Below, piece by piece: positions 1-13,349 of a stretch of DNA of 64,000 nt. The notes beneath the pieces were generated by a model. That model was not told the origin of the DNA and did no database searches. It worked only from the letters and a program-made list of their open reading frames with translations. Location: NCBI GenBank assembly GCA_964016885.1, contig OZ024749.1, forward strand, positions 38,936,001-39,000,000. Direction: 5' to 3'. This DNA comes from Eledone cirrhosa. Taxonomy: Eukaryota. Each line of letters opens with the position of its first letter. Within the stretch, counting starts at the first letter, position 1. A program made the position numbers and the translations under genes.

Positions 1-15
1 GAAAAGTTATTCTTT

Positions 16-390
16 TCAGTAACCCCGCTGACGAATCTGTGAACCAAACGTTGTTATTTCGTAGATACAAGAACCAGGAGAGTCTGTGTGAGCTAAACCT
101 ACTAGGAGGCTTCTTTTACATTTGCAGGCTACCAACAGAGTTTCGTCAGCCCTACCAACGAAGGTGTTTGGTGATGTATGATGTATACAGGTGTAGGAAT
201 TACCTGCCACCTTCATCTGTACCATTTGTTTTTGTTCATCCGTTAGACAATGCATTAACGATTTAATCTCATCAACACTTAACTCCACTCCGTCAGTATT
301 GGCTATTTTTTCTCCATTGAAGTTGTAGATAGCCGCTTGTTCAACTTTACCTCGAGCCGTCAGTTTATACAGAACATCCCTCATCAACAT
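16..390 (-). CDS. Divergent profilin-family protein (124 aa), single-exon CDS
   Basis: ATG at 390 to TGA at 16. Profilin-like length and motifs: V-x-x-AAI...G near the N-terminus, a central G-x-x-Y strand, x-LLVG, and a C-terminal helix ending R-x-x-GY*. Non-repetitive sequence. Confidence 0.75.
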   Translation of the reverse strand: MLMRDVLYKLTARGKVEQAAIYNFNGEKIANTDGVELSVDEIKSLMHCLTDEQKQMVQMKVAGNSYTCIHHTSPNTFVGRADETLLVACKCKRSLLVGLAHTDSPGSCIYEITTFGSQIRQRGY

Positions 391-1287
391 TTTCACCTGT
401 TATTGTTGTTTGACTACAATTGGTATATTTAGATTGGTACCTTTTCGTTCTTCTAAGAGACAAACAATGCCGGGAGATGTTACAACTTCAACAGCTTTGA
501 TTACTGTTTCAGATAGATAGAGTTGTAACGTTTTATATCTCTGTCCCTGCTATTTATTATCATTTGATTGGCACGGCACATGCATACATGTACATACAAA
601 CATACAAACACTTACATACACACCCTTACACATATACACTCACGTAGATAAGCACCTGTTAGTTAGCGGAAGTGGGCGTGTATATATATATATACTTATA
701 TATATCTGAGTGTCAATAAGATCAGAGACTTTGTGTTAGACGCGCGAATGGAAAACCAGCAAAGATATAGAAACAATAATAAAACAAAACATTTGTTACC
801 GGCTTTCTATGTGGAATGACGTAATGTATTACACCCAACCCTGAAGATAAGTTCCCGCTCATACAGTTCAGGAACCTTTGTAAAAACAAAAATAAAGCTT
901 ATCAGAATGTGGAAAGGTATTTTAGTTCTTGAAAGGATTCATTTTAAGATAGCGTGGTCAAGTTAACTGATTTATGTTTATTTCAAGCGGTTATATATTT
1001 TAACAGAAGTGGCTAGTCGCAGGTGGGAGCCTCGGGAGTTGGAATGGCTCTTCCAACACGTCACCCTCACCAGCCTTCGGGGTAACTCCTTCTCTATTCT
1101 TTGCCCGCCGGGACCGCGGGGCGGCCAGTCAACCGGGACCTCAGGGCAACTAGTCCGACGGGGCCACGGGGCAGTTAGTCCGCTGGGCAGCCAGCGCGTG
1201 GGCCCACATTTGCTAATAACAGTGAGAGATGGGGAGAGCAGGAGAGACGGAGACAGGGGGAATTTGGTTCTTTTGTGCTCGGACTTG

Positions 1288-1365
<78 letters not shown>

Positions 1366-1489
1366 GTAGGAGGTGAGTTTTATTGTAGTACAATAAAGCA
1401 ATGCAGATATCGGATAAGAAGCACTCTACAGTTTGTAGGACTGGAGTATACATAATATAAGATCAAAAGATGGTTAAAGGAGTTCCATG

Positions 1490-1560
1490 TATTTTATTAT
1501 GCGCATTTCAAAAACAAACATCATCATGCAATAATATTTGTGTTTTCATCAGATAAAACA
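1490..1560 (-). ncRNA. Type I hammerhead ribozyme with long helix II (family H1)
   Basis: Minus strand reads UUUUAU-CUGAUGA-[long hairpin ACAAAUAUUAUU/GAUGAUGUUUGU]-GAAA-UGCGCA-UA^AUAAAA. Helix I has 6-8 bp and helix III is the palindrome AUGCGCAU. Confidence 0.8.
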
Positions 1561-1795
1561 GGAGAACATGATATGAAGGCTAAAAAACACTTGTGGATAG
1601 TGCAGTTTTAAATCAACATATCAATAATCGTTTCGACCCCTGCTTATTAATTTTTCAGATTTGTTCGAATCCCCCCATCCCCACTTATTAATTTTGACTA
1701 TTCTATGTCCGGTAAGATTTCATTTCAAGTGATAATATGTTGATTTAAAACTGCACTATCCACAAGTGTTTTTTAGCCTTCATATCATGTTCTCC

Positions 1796-1866
1796 TGTTT
1801 TATCTGATGAAAACACAAATATTATTGCATGATGATGTTTGTTTTTGAAAAGCGCATAATAAAATA
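1796..1866 (+). ncRNA. Inverted copy of the H1 hammerhead (one helix III mismatch)
   Basis: Part of the ~170-bp inverted duplication 1452-1620 / 1735-1903; carries GAAAAGCGCAUA instead of GAAAUGCGCAUA. Confidence 0.65.
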
Positions 1867-1896
1867 CATGGAACTCCTTTAACCATCTTTTGATCT

Positions 1897-1960
<64 letters not shown>

Positions 1961-2380
1961 CACGGATACACATTTAGCTAATTACGTTGACCGGTGACTA
2001 AGAAGTGACAAATTCAGAGAAACGATGTAACTAAAATCCTTGTTACGTCTGTTGATACAATCCTTACCTATTTTTCTAACTACGTTCGGATCTCGAATAA
2101 TCGTTTCGACCCCTGCTTATTAACTTTTCAGATTTGTTCGAATCCCCCCATCCCCACTTTTTAATTTTGACTATTCTATGTCCGGTAAGATTTCATTTCA
2201 AGTGATAACATTCCTGCAACAGTTAATTTTCTTTATACATAAAAAAAAAAACAACATTATATATTACAAAAACAAGTATATTACTAGAAATCCCATACGT
2301 TATAAAATAATTAGGATGGGTTGAGGTCTTAACGTTTTTCGAAATATTTACTTCTGCGTTCACAGATTGATTTTTTTTTG

Positions 2381-2431
2381 GGTTTCAGAAGATCCCGTTA
2401 AGGGTGAAAGCAGCGATTCTTTGCTTAAACT
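2381..2431 (+). ncRNA. Hammerhead-like motif with variant core CAGAAGA (family H2)
   Basis: GGUUU-CAGAAGA-UCCC-GUUAA-GGGU-GAAA-GCA...UGC-UU^AAACU. All three helices form, and the same variant recurs at 8955-9005. Confidence 0.6.
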
Positions 2432-2447
2432 TTAATCTGTTATTTTA

Positions 2448-2516
<69 letters not shown>

Positions 2517-2580
2517 TAACAGATTAAAGTTTAAGAAAAGAATCGCTGCTGTATTCTACCTTATATATGTATGTATTTAT

Positions 2581-2643
<63 letters not shown>

Positions 2644-2761
2644 TATATTCGTGTACAGATATTTTTGCACACATAATAACAAAATATAAACAAACGTATT
2701 TATTTCACGAGGCTCGATAAGGATAAATATATATCAAATATATAAGAACCCTAGAGCAAAT

Positions 2762-2789
2762 CCCGAGCAACGCCGGGCCATTCTGCTAG
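2762..2789 (+). mobile_element. Helitron-like 3' terminus
   Basis: GC-rich hairpin CCCGAGC-AAC-GCCGGG about 8 nt upstream of CTAG followed by T. Confidence 0.55.
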
Positions 2790-3112
2790 TATAAACTAAA
2801 CGACTAAGTCTGGGTTTTTTTAATCATTAACGGAGACAACCTAGAAAAATTACCGATTTACACCCCATCCCGCTTATTCCCCTCCTGTTTATTCCAACTC
2901 CCCTATTATTTGGGACCCGGGACTACCTTCTTCTTTGCCCATTTATTCGTGCCAGGGTAGAAGCAATGGGGTCGGGGTTTTCATGCCTTCTAGCGGGTCC
3001 TGCCAAAAGCAACTGTCTCCAATTGATTCAACTGGATACCCAGCCTAGCTCATGGATGCTCGGGGGGTGGGGGCGGGGGGTCTACCTATGAGTCTCCCAA
3101 CAGCTATTTATA

Positions 3113-3170
<58 letters not shown>

Positions 3171-3175
<5 letters not shown>

Positions 3176-3285
3176 CAGGAAAGAAGGTTTACATGGTTTG
3201 CTATACAAAAAGTTTTTAATCACATAGCTATGTGATTAAAAACTTTTTTGTATAGCAAACCATGTAAACCTTCTTTCCTGATTTA
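3171..3285. repeat. Perfect palindrome (~57-bp arms) abutting (TA)n
   Basis: AAATCAGGAAAGAAGG...CACATAG|CTATGTG...CCTTCTTTCCTGATTT with no spacer. Confidence 0.9.
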
Positions 3286-3453
3286 TTATTACTCCAAGTG
3301 TTTACAACATAGGAATTACAGCATACCCGCAGCATCACTATGAAAACGCCTTGTTGAGTCAAACCAAGCCAAGCGTTAATATCATCCACTACCTGGAATA
3401 CCATAACTGGACTTCACCTAAGTGGACTGCATTTAACTATTATTTGTTAATCC

Positions 3454-3506
<53 letters not shown>

Positions 3507-3734
3507 AAGGTAGTACAGCATAATCGAAGCTCTGGTTGCGGGCAAGCTATATATATAATATATATATATATTAATTCAAAATATTAACAAAAATAGACAT
3601 TCGGAAAACCATTACTGTGGAGTGCTTCTAATCTATTGTAAAACTTTATTCTTTGATTTATTCATTGAACCTTGTTTAACCTTTAAATAATATATATATA
3701 TATATATATACATACATAGTTTTAATATAGATGA

Positions 3735-3783
3735 GATTCTACAGGACTAGAACTGTTTCATTCTTTAGAAATCATCAGGAATC
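3735..3783 (-). ncRNA. Type I hammerhead ribozyme (family H3) inside inverted repeat 3721-3843
   Basis: GAUUC-CUGAUGA-UUUCUAAAGAAU-GAAA-CAG-UUCUAGUC-CUG-UA^GAAUC. Helix I is a perfect 5 bp and helix III 4 bp. Confidence 0.8.
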
Positions 3784-4136
3784 TTGATGATTTCTAAAGA
3801 ATGAAATAGTTCTAGTCCTGTAGAATCTCATCTATATTAAAACTTTTATACTCTGCAATGTATTGAGTACCTTACTTACTGTGGTTACCTCCGATTCAAC
3901 CCAGAATAACGTACCTATATATATACATATATATATCAACCAGGTGAAACTCTACGACCGAATGGAGTGTATGTAACAGGGAACAGAGAACCACGAAATT
4001 ATGTTTTTTAGTGCAAGTCTCATTATGTTCTGAGTCGAATTTACTTTCATTCTTCCAAGGTCGATAAAATATAGTATCAGTGAAATTCTGGGGTTAATGT
4101 AATCAACTTTCTCCTCCAAATTGCTTGTCTTGTGAG

Positions 4137-4325
4137 TGGGGAAGTTTGGTCAGCAGAGTCGTTTGAGCGTCTGGCAAATACTTTGCCATGTTTTTCTCCG
4201 GTTCTACAGGTTCTGAGTTCAAACTCCGCCGAGGTCGGTAAAATAAAGTACCAATCACGTACGGGGTTCGATATAATCGCCTCACCCAATTATTGGTCTT
4301 GTGCATCAAGTAGAAATCATTATTT
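4137..4325 (+). mobile_element. Diverged tRNA-derived SINE
   Basis: B-box-like GAGTTCAAACTCCGCCGAGG and core GGTCGGTAAAATAAAGTACCA shared with the other copies. Confidence 0.65.
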
Positions 4326-4739
4326 TCTGAATGGACTTCCAAACCTCAAGTAAATTTAGTACCAGTGATGTATTGAGGGTTCGATTTAATCGATTTTCCT
4401 CTCCCTTCAAAATTACTGGCTTTGTATCTAAATTTGAAACCATTGTTGATGTTGTCGATGTTGTTGTTGTTGTTGTAGTTGTAGTTGTCGTCGTCGTTGT
4501 TGTCGTTGTTGTTGTATACAGACAAAAATGAAAGCAATTTAAAGTTAAGAAGAAAATGTGAAGTAGGTGTATTTTGTAAAATAAAAATATAAATTTGTTC
4601 TCTTTTTCGACAACAAATAAAAATAATCCCTTATGTTGTTTCTCTGTATACAGAGGAATAGTGAGAAGTGTTTACACTTCATTCTTTTTAGAGTTATATG
4701 TATATTAAATTTTACTTCAATACTATATGTTGTATTCTA

Positions 4740-7262
<2,523 letters not shown>

Positions 7263-7649
7263 TTTAGCTAATGGATATTGATTGAACGTTGCAATACATG
7301 TGTAGCTATCAGATGAAAGACCATTGTGATAATAACAACAATAATAACAATAACCAGGTACAGTACTAATGAAAGCCTATGAGAACAGACAGGTGATAAT
7401 GTACAGGTGTGAAATGCATGCACGAACATTATACAGGATGTATGTATGTATGTATGTATGTATGTATGTATGTATGTATGTATGTATGTATGTATTGTAT
7501 GGCAACTAAACTGGCAACCCCACCAAGGTTTCTTGGTGAGGACGTTAACTTTGGACATGCTGCAGGACTAAAAACAAAACCTGTCAAAGGGCAAAGGAGC
7601 TCTTAAGAGTCAATGGCCATCCAAAAATCACCGGGAGAGATGACCCCTT

Positions 7650-8040
7650 AGCCTTTGTCAAGGCAGAATTCTAGGAGAAGGAAAACTCTGATATAACACC
7701 TGCAACCCTGATGGTATCCAATGATGTTGACTTGTTCTTCGTTTTGGTAAATATCATCTTGGTTAAGAGAGTGGGACTGGCTTTGTGCAGTGCCTTTGCT
7801 CACTATAAAAGCTTCACGGCACAGGCATTGCTTTATATCTGGAGATCTCTCTGCACTTGTGGTCACATGGTACCATGGGCCCAGCACTATGTGTCAATAA
7901 TTGTCACAAGTGTAGTGTTTGTACCAGAGTTTTCAAGTCGCTGGCTGGACTAAAAGTCACACTCGTTCAGCGCATCGGTAGGGGTTCTCCTACATGGATA
8001 TAAAGTAGTGGCCGTACTCGAAAACGAGTTGGCAGCCACC
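7650..8040 (-). pseudogene. Decayed retroelement fragment, probably the C-terminus of a Penelope-like GIY-YIG domain; second copy at 43045-43440
   Basis: Minus frame ...[21 protein letters not shown]...SLNQDD resembles the PLE endonuclease end (R..REA.I...LN.D). Near-identical duplicate in the window. Confidence 0.45.
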
Positions 8041-8128
8041 ATGTATGTATGTATGTATGTATGTATGTATGTATGTATGTATGTATGTATGTATGTATGT
8101 ATGTATGTATGTATGTATGTATGTATAT

Positions 8129-8362
8129 CGGTGAGCATGTCCAGCTAACCTCAGTCTCCTCTATGACAAACACAGTGAAGGAGGCAGAGGATTTGATGCG
8201 GGAGGTTGAGACTGTGTCGATGAGTGTGGGGATGAGAATGAATGAGACCAAAACAAAATATCTGGTAGAGAATGTTGAGAAGCCAGAGGGGATCACTAAT
8301 GTAGGTGGGAAGCCGCTAGAATTGGTTGAGGACTTCCTGTATTTGGGAGCAAAGATTGCGAA
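8129..8362 (+). mobile_element. RTE-like LINE RT fragment with inversion junction
   Basis: VKEAEDLMREVETVSMSVGMRMNETKTKYL...LELVEDFLYLGAKI is the RT thumb region. It is preceded by ~40 bp of the opposite-strand LINE 3' region, and the same junction occurs at 25665-25880. Confidence 0.7.
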
Positions 8363-8476
8363 TATATATATATACATATATATATATATGTAAAAGGTAA
8401 ACAGAAATAACAACACAATCGGTACAGTATATGGAAAGGATATATTAGGTTAACGCTTGAAATAGCAGATAAAGGG

Positions 8477-8512
8477 TTTTGACGTTTCGGACGCTAGTCC
8501 TTCATCAGAAGA
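8477..8512 (-). ncRNA. Minimal type I hammerhead (family H4)
   Basis: UCUU-CUGAUGA-A-GGAC-UAGC-GUCC-GAAACGUC^ with palindromic ACGU helix III, within a ~250-bp repeated module (8390-8640). Confidence 0.7.
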
Positions 8513-8849
8513 AAGAATGAGAAATAAGATAGATTGAGGGGACCGGCGGGTTGGTGGGCGGGCGGGTTGGAATTGGAAAACATGTCTTTAGATAAAAATA
8601 ACAGGTCCATTCATGTTGACATCTGATGGAAAACTGTTGGTGCTAGCGGCTGTGTGTGTGTGTTTATTCCGGGTTCGAGCGGGGGTAACCACAGTAAGTA
8701 AGGTACTCAATACATAGCAGAGTATAAATATTTAATATAGAAATGGCTTCTACAGGACCAGAACTGTTTCATTCGGGAGAAATGGGGCTTTCCTCATGAT
8801 TTCTCCCGGATGAAACAGTTCTAGTCCTGTAGAAGTCATTTCTATATAT

Positions 8850-8943
<94 letters not shown>

Positions 8944-8954
8944 TAACAGATTAA

Positions 8955-9005
8955 AGTTTAAGCAAAGAATCGCTGCTTTCACTCTTAACGGGATCTTCTG
9001 AAACT
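8955..9005 (-). ncRNA. H2 hammerhead-like copy (CAGAAGA core)
   Basis: AGUUU-CAGAAGA-UCCCGUUAAGAGU-GAAA-GCA..UGC-UU^AAACU, followed by an inverted partial copy. Confidence 0.55.
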
Positions 9006-9147
9006 AGTTTGCTTAAACTTTAATCTGTTATTTTAATAAATATTTGCTCTATGGTTCTTATATATTTCTTATATATTTGATATATATTTATCCTTATCGA
9101 ACCCTCTTTGGATTTTAGTCTTCAAATTTATTATTATTACTATATAT

Positions 9148-9338
9148 AGGGCGGTGGATTGGCAGTACTGGTAGAGAGTCGGACGCCATTCTTTCACGCA
9201 TAGAGTTACGGCCCTTGCCATTCTGAGTTCAAATCCCGCTGAGGTTAACTTTGTCTTTCATCCTTACGGGGTCGATAAAATAAAGTACCAGTAATGCACT
9301 GGGATAATTGCTGGCCTTGTGCCAAAAGTAGAAACAAT

Positions 9339-9340
<2 letters not shown>
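9148..9340 (+). mobile_element. tRNA-derived SINE (dominant family, Meta-domain-like core)
   Basis: A-box-like TGGCAGTACTGG, B-box GAGTTCAAATCC, core TTTCATCCTTACGGGGTCGATAAAATAAAGTACCAG, tail GGCCTTGTGCCAAAAGTAGAAAC. Confidence 0.85.
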
Positions 9341-9375
<35 letters not shown>

Positions 9376-10039
9376 CCACGACCTCAAGCGGTTTCGGCTA
9401 GTTACATCATGTTGACATTCCGAGCTCCTCCGCAAAATCGGAACGTCACCACCCTGTCTGAGGAAGGGGCCCCGCGAGGTACAGTGACTGTTGCAGCGGG
9501 AGTCATTGCCCATTATCTGCGGAAATGCCATTGCAGCCCAAACACCGCCCCCGCTCTAGGCGCAGAACCCATCACACTCTTCCTTTTCTTCTCCTCCCTT
9601 TCTTTTGCTTTTATTCTCTTTTTCCTTTCATTTATGGCATTTATAGTCCTTTCCTCTACTTTCCCATACAGCCAGATCTGCCCTTCTTTACCCCTTCCCC
9701 TTTTTCGAATTTTTAAATTTTGTTTTTCACTTTTCCATATCTATGTAATTATCAATGGTTTTTAAGCCAATCGCTTTTTATAATTCGTAAAACCACATAT
9801 ATGCGTATACCGCGGTTTCAGACGATAAGAAGAATACTAATTACCATAATTAAATTGATTAATCAGTAAATTAAAACAATTTGCTCTCGTGAATATGTTA
9901 TCTTAGTTTATAGAATTTTGAATAAGCCTATGCAAGGGAATTCAAAGGAATTGACATGCATAAGTATCAAAGCTAAGAAGATAACTAAATTAACCAGCCA
10001 AAAACACACATGTTTTAATAAAAAGAAAAGCTACCTATC

Positions 10040-11185
10040 ACAAACTACACAGACTCGGCATAACTGGAAAAGTAGGTGAGTGGCTGCATTATTTCTTAAA
10101 AGACAGAAGCCAAACAGCTGCAAACAACGGGGCCCTTTCAAAGGAAACATCAATAACAAGTGGTGTGCCCCAGGGCACAGTCTTGGGACCACCTCTGTAG
10201 TACATACAACATCCCTCACTAGTTGTGCCGATGACTCCAAAGGTAGCACAGGCAATTAAAAACCCGGCTGATGCTGTCCTTTTACAAGATCTGGATGCCA
10301 TATACAAATGGACTGAGGGCAACAACATGCAGTTTAATACTGGAAAATTTCAAGCCCTACAATACCAACCTGTTAACACAATGACAACAAAACACAGCAA
10401 CACCGGACCAGGAGGAATCGAAATTCCCGTGTCGAAATCGATACGAGACCTGGGGATAGACACGAGCGATAGACACGAGCCTCTTTTTCTTCACACGTCA
10501 TGAGGGTGGCGACAATGTACAGACGACTCGCTGGCTGGATCCTGAGGACTTTCCGGACAAGAGACCGAGAGACCATGTTGATACTAGGGAGGATATTTGT
10601 CCTAAGCCGACTAGATTACTGATCCCAATGGTGGTCACCCCAAAGTATCAAACTAACCACGGAGCTTGAGGCAATCCAACGAAGCTACACCAAGAGGATT
10701 GCGACGATGAAGGAGATGAGCTACTGGAAGAGGCTAAAAGAACTGAAACTCTATTCCTTGGAATGAAGACGGGAGAAATACGCAGTGATATACATATGGA
10801 AAATCCTGGAGGGACTAGCACCAAACTTTGGCATTGAGAGCTGGATCAACACCCGAACAGAACGTCATTGTGTGGTGCCAAAGGTCCCGTCTTTCACATC
10901 TATAATAAGGAGCAGGTATTGCAATAGCCTGGGGTTTCAAAGGCCCTCAACTCTTCAACAAGCTGCCAAGAAATTTGAGAGATCTACATGGTATGGACGT
11001 GGATGTTTTCAAGAACATCTTGACACTCTGCTATCCAGAATCCCGGATGAGCCCACTACACGGTACGAAGGTAACCTAAGGGCAGCAGCAACGAACTCCC
11101 TCTTACACCAATGGCCAGCCAACACAGTCTAGAGATAGAACATGTAGCTACAAGGGCGGTGCCCCAACATGGCCTCAGCCGGATG
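10040..11185 (+). pseudogene. 5'-truncated CR1/L2-group LINE ORF2 (RT C-terminal half), frameshifted
   Basis: SGVPQGTVLGP, (Y)ADDSK, LQDLDAIYKWTEGNNMQFN.GKF, RLDY..QWWSP, RLKELKLYSLE, IYIWKILEGL motifs across frames. Confidence 0.85.
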
Positions 11186-11345
11186 GCTGGAACAGGTAAA
11201 AGATTAAAAGAGTATGCATACACACACACACATACACGCACACACACAAACACACGCACGCACACACACACACATACACACACACACACACGCACATACA
11301 CACACAAGCACGCACGCACACACACACATACACGCACACACACAA

Positions 11346-11399
<54 letters not shown>

Positions 11400-11685
11400 G
11401 TTCGTGTGTGTGTTTGAATGTATATATAATTGACATTTTCAGGAGTATCTCTTTGTTTTCCGAAATGTCACTAATCAGTTCTAGACGCAGACATTTTCAT
11501 GAGCGTCTTTCAGAGAACTATTTAAAGATACAAACGAATTGAGTGACATTTTTACCAGTTTATTTTAACATCCGTTCAGGGTCTTTTCTGCTTCTTTAAA
11601 GGCAATAGTGTTGTTTAACTATATATATATATATACATACACACATACACATACACACATACACACACACACTCACTCACACACG

Positions 11686-11719
<34 letters not shown>

Positions 11720-11742
11720 GAGAGAGAGATAGAGAGAGATAG

Positions 11743-11830
<88 letters not shown>

Positions 11831-11857
11831 AGTTCCACAACAGTTAGTTCACCATAC

Positions 11858-11896
11858 CGAGAACAAATGTTGCACCTTATTCGGATCCTCAGCTCG
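11858..11896 (-). ncRNA. Degenerate hammerhead (GCAA for GAAA)
   Basis: CGAG-CUGAGGA-UCC-GAAUAA-GGU-GCAA-CAUUUG-UU^CUCG; one core substitution. Confidence 0.45.
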
Positions 11897-11936
11897 CTCT
11901 ATATGAAGTTGTACGGAAAAGGAAAAACACCTGTAC

Positions 11937-12055
<119 letters not shown>

Positions 12056-12083
12056 GTATAAAAAACAATACAAAATAATTACC

Positions 12084-12149
12084 TCATTACCAGAGGTTTC
12101 CCGAATAAGACGAATACGAAAGAAACGTCTTCATTCGTTCGTCGGACGA
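12084..12149 (-). ncRNA. Hammerhead with CCGACGA core (family H5)
   Basis: UCGU-CCGACGA-[CGAAUGAAGACG/CGUCUUAUUCG]-GAAA-CC-UCU-GG-UA^AUGA. Flank is homologous to 46270-46300. Confidence 0.55.
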
Positions 12150-12348
12150 TATATATATATATATATACACAGTTCAAGAGTAACCAATCTTAAAGAGAGA
12201 GATGGAGATAGGAGAGGAGATATGAGAGGAGAGATTGGTGAATTAGTTAGAAGCCAAAGCGTAAAGGCATGTGCTCAATGTGCAATATGCAGTAGAAAGC
12301 AGCTAGGTGGCTGGGTTCATGCAGAGGTTAGGTGCGCAGAGCTGGAAA

Positions 12349-12918
12349 TATTCATTAGTTAAGCAAAACAAGACCACAAATTTCACAAGGAAGACATTAT
12401 TAAAAGATTGTCAACATATTTTAGTTTGATGTGAGGAATGTAGAGAATAATAATAATAATATTAATAATAATGAGCCGCTCTGTCTTTTAAATATGTTAA
12501 TTATTTTCAATTGAACCAGATCAATTATGATATATAGTCATCTGATCCAGAAATATTATATGGAGTAGCGAAACAATTGTAAACGAACATTATTATTATT
12601 AATAAGGGCGGTGGATTGGCAGTATCGGTGGAGTGTTGGACGCCATGCTTTCCAGCATAGTTACGTCCCTTTACGATCTGAGTTCAAATCCCGCCGAGGT
12701 TGACTTTGCCTTTCATCCTTACGGGGTCGATAAAATAAAGTACCAGTAATGCACTGGGTAATTGCTGGCCTTGTGCCTAAAGTAGAAACAATTATTATTA
12801 TTAATATTATTATTATTATTCTCTACATTCCTTACATCAAACTAAAATATGTTGACAATCTTTTAATAATGTCTTCCCTGTGAAATTTGTGGTCTTGTTT
12901 TGCTTAACTAATGAATAT
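12349..12918. repeat. ~115-bp inverted repeat arms enclosing a SINE (12606-12792, +)
   Basis: ATATTCATTAGTTAAGCAAAACAAGACC...GTAGAGAATAAT matches its reverse complement at ~12810-12918; a full SINE lies between. Confidence 0.85.
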
Positions 12919-12927
12919 ATATATATA

Positions 12928-13010
<83 letters not shown>

Positions 13011-13051
13011 GAGAGTAAAACAAAGAATCCTTTAATACATCAAAAGTTTTT

Positions 13052-13097
13052 ATTAGCCGACAATGTTTCGTCCTATTAAGGACTCATCAGGGCAATC
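13052..13097 (-). ncRNA. Canonical type I hammerhead ribozyme (family H6)
   Basis: AUUGCC-CUGAUGA-GUCCU-UAAU-AGGAC-GAAAC-AUU-GUC^GGCUAAU. All core nucleotides are canonical, with G10.1-C11.1 and a GUC site; predicted cut between 13059 and 13058. Confidence 0.9.
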
Positions 13098-13294
13098 AAA
13101 ACAACAAGAAGTAATTTCGGCAGATACAAGCCAGAAACTCTGAAGAATATGGGGTTTACATATACTAATGTCTTACAAGGATATAGGATAATAAAAACGA
13201 GGATAAAACTATAAGAACTAAGGATGTAGATGACATTAAGAACCATATTACAAATATGGTCCAAAGTCACCAACTTAAATCTAAACAAATTTGG

Positions 13295-13349
<55 letters not shown>

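Noticed and set aside
838-890. Possible hammerhead upstream of the profilin-like gene (CUGAAGA plus GUUCC/GGAAC stem)
   Set aside because: No GAAA (GUAA instead) and no convincing helix I or III.
9148-9245. tRNA genes at SINE heads
   Set aside because: A/B-box-like motifs are present but there is no cloverleaf, and they are always fused to the SINE core and tail.
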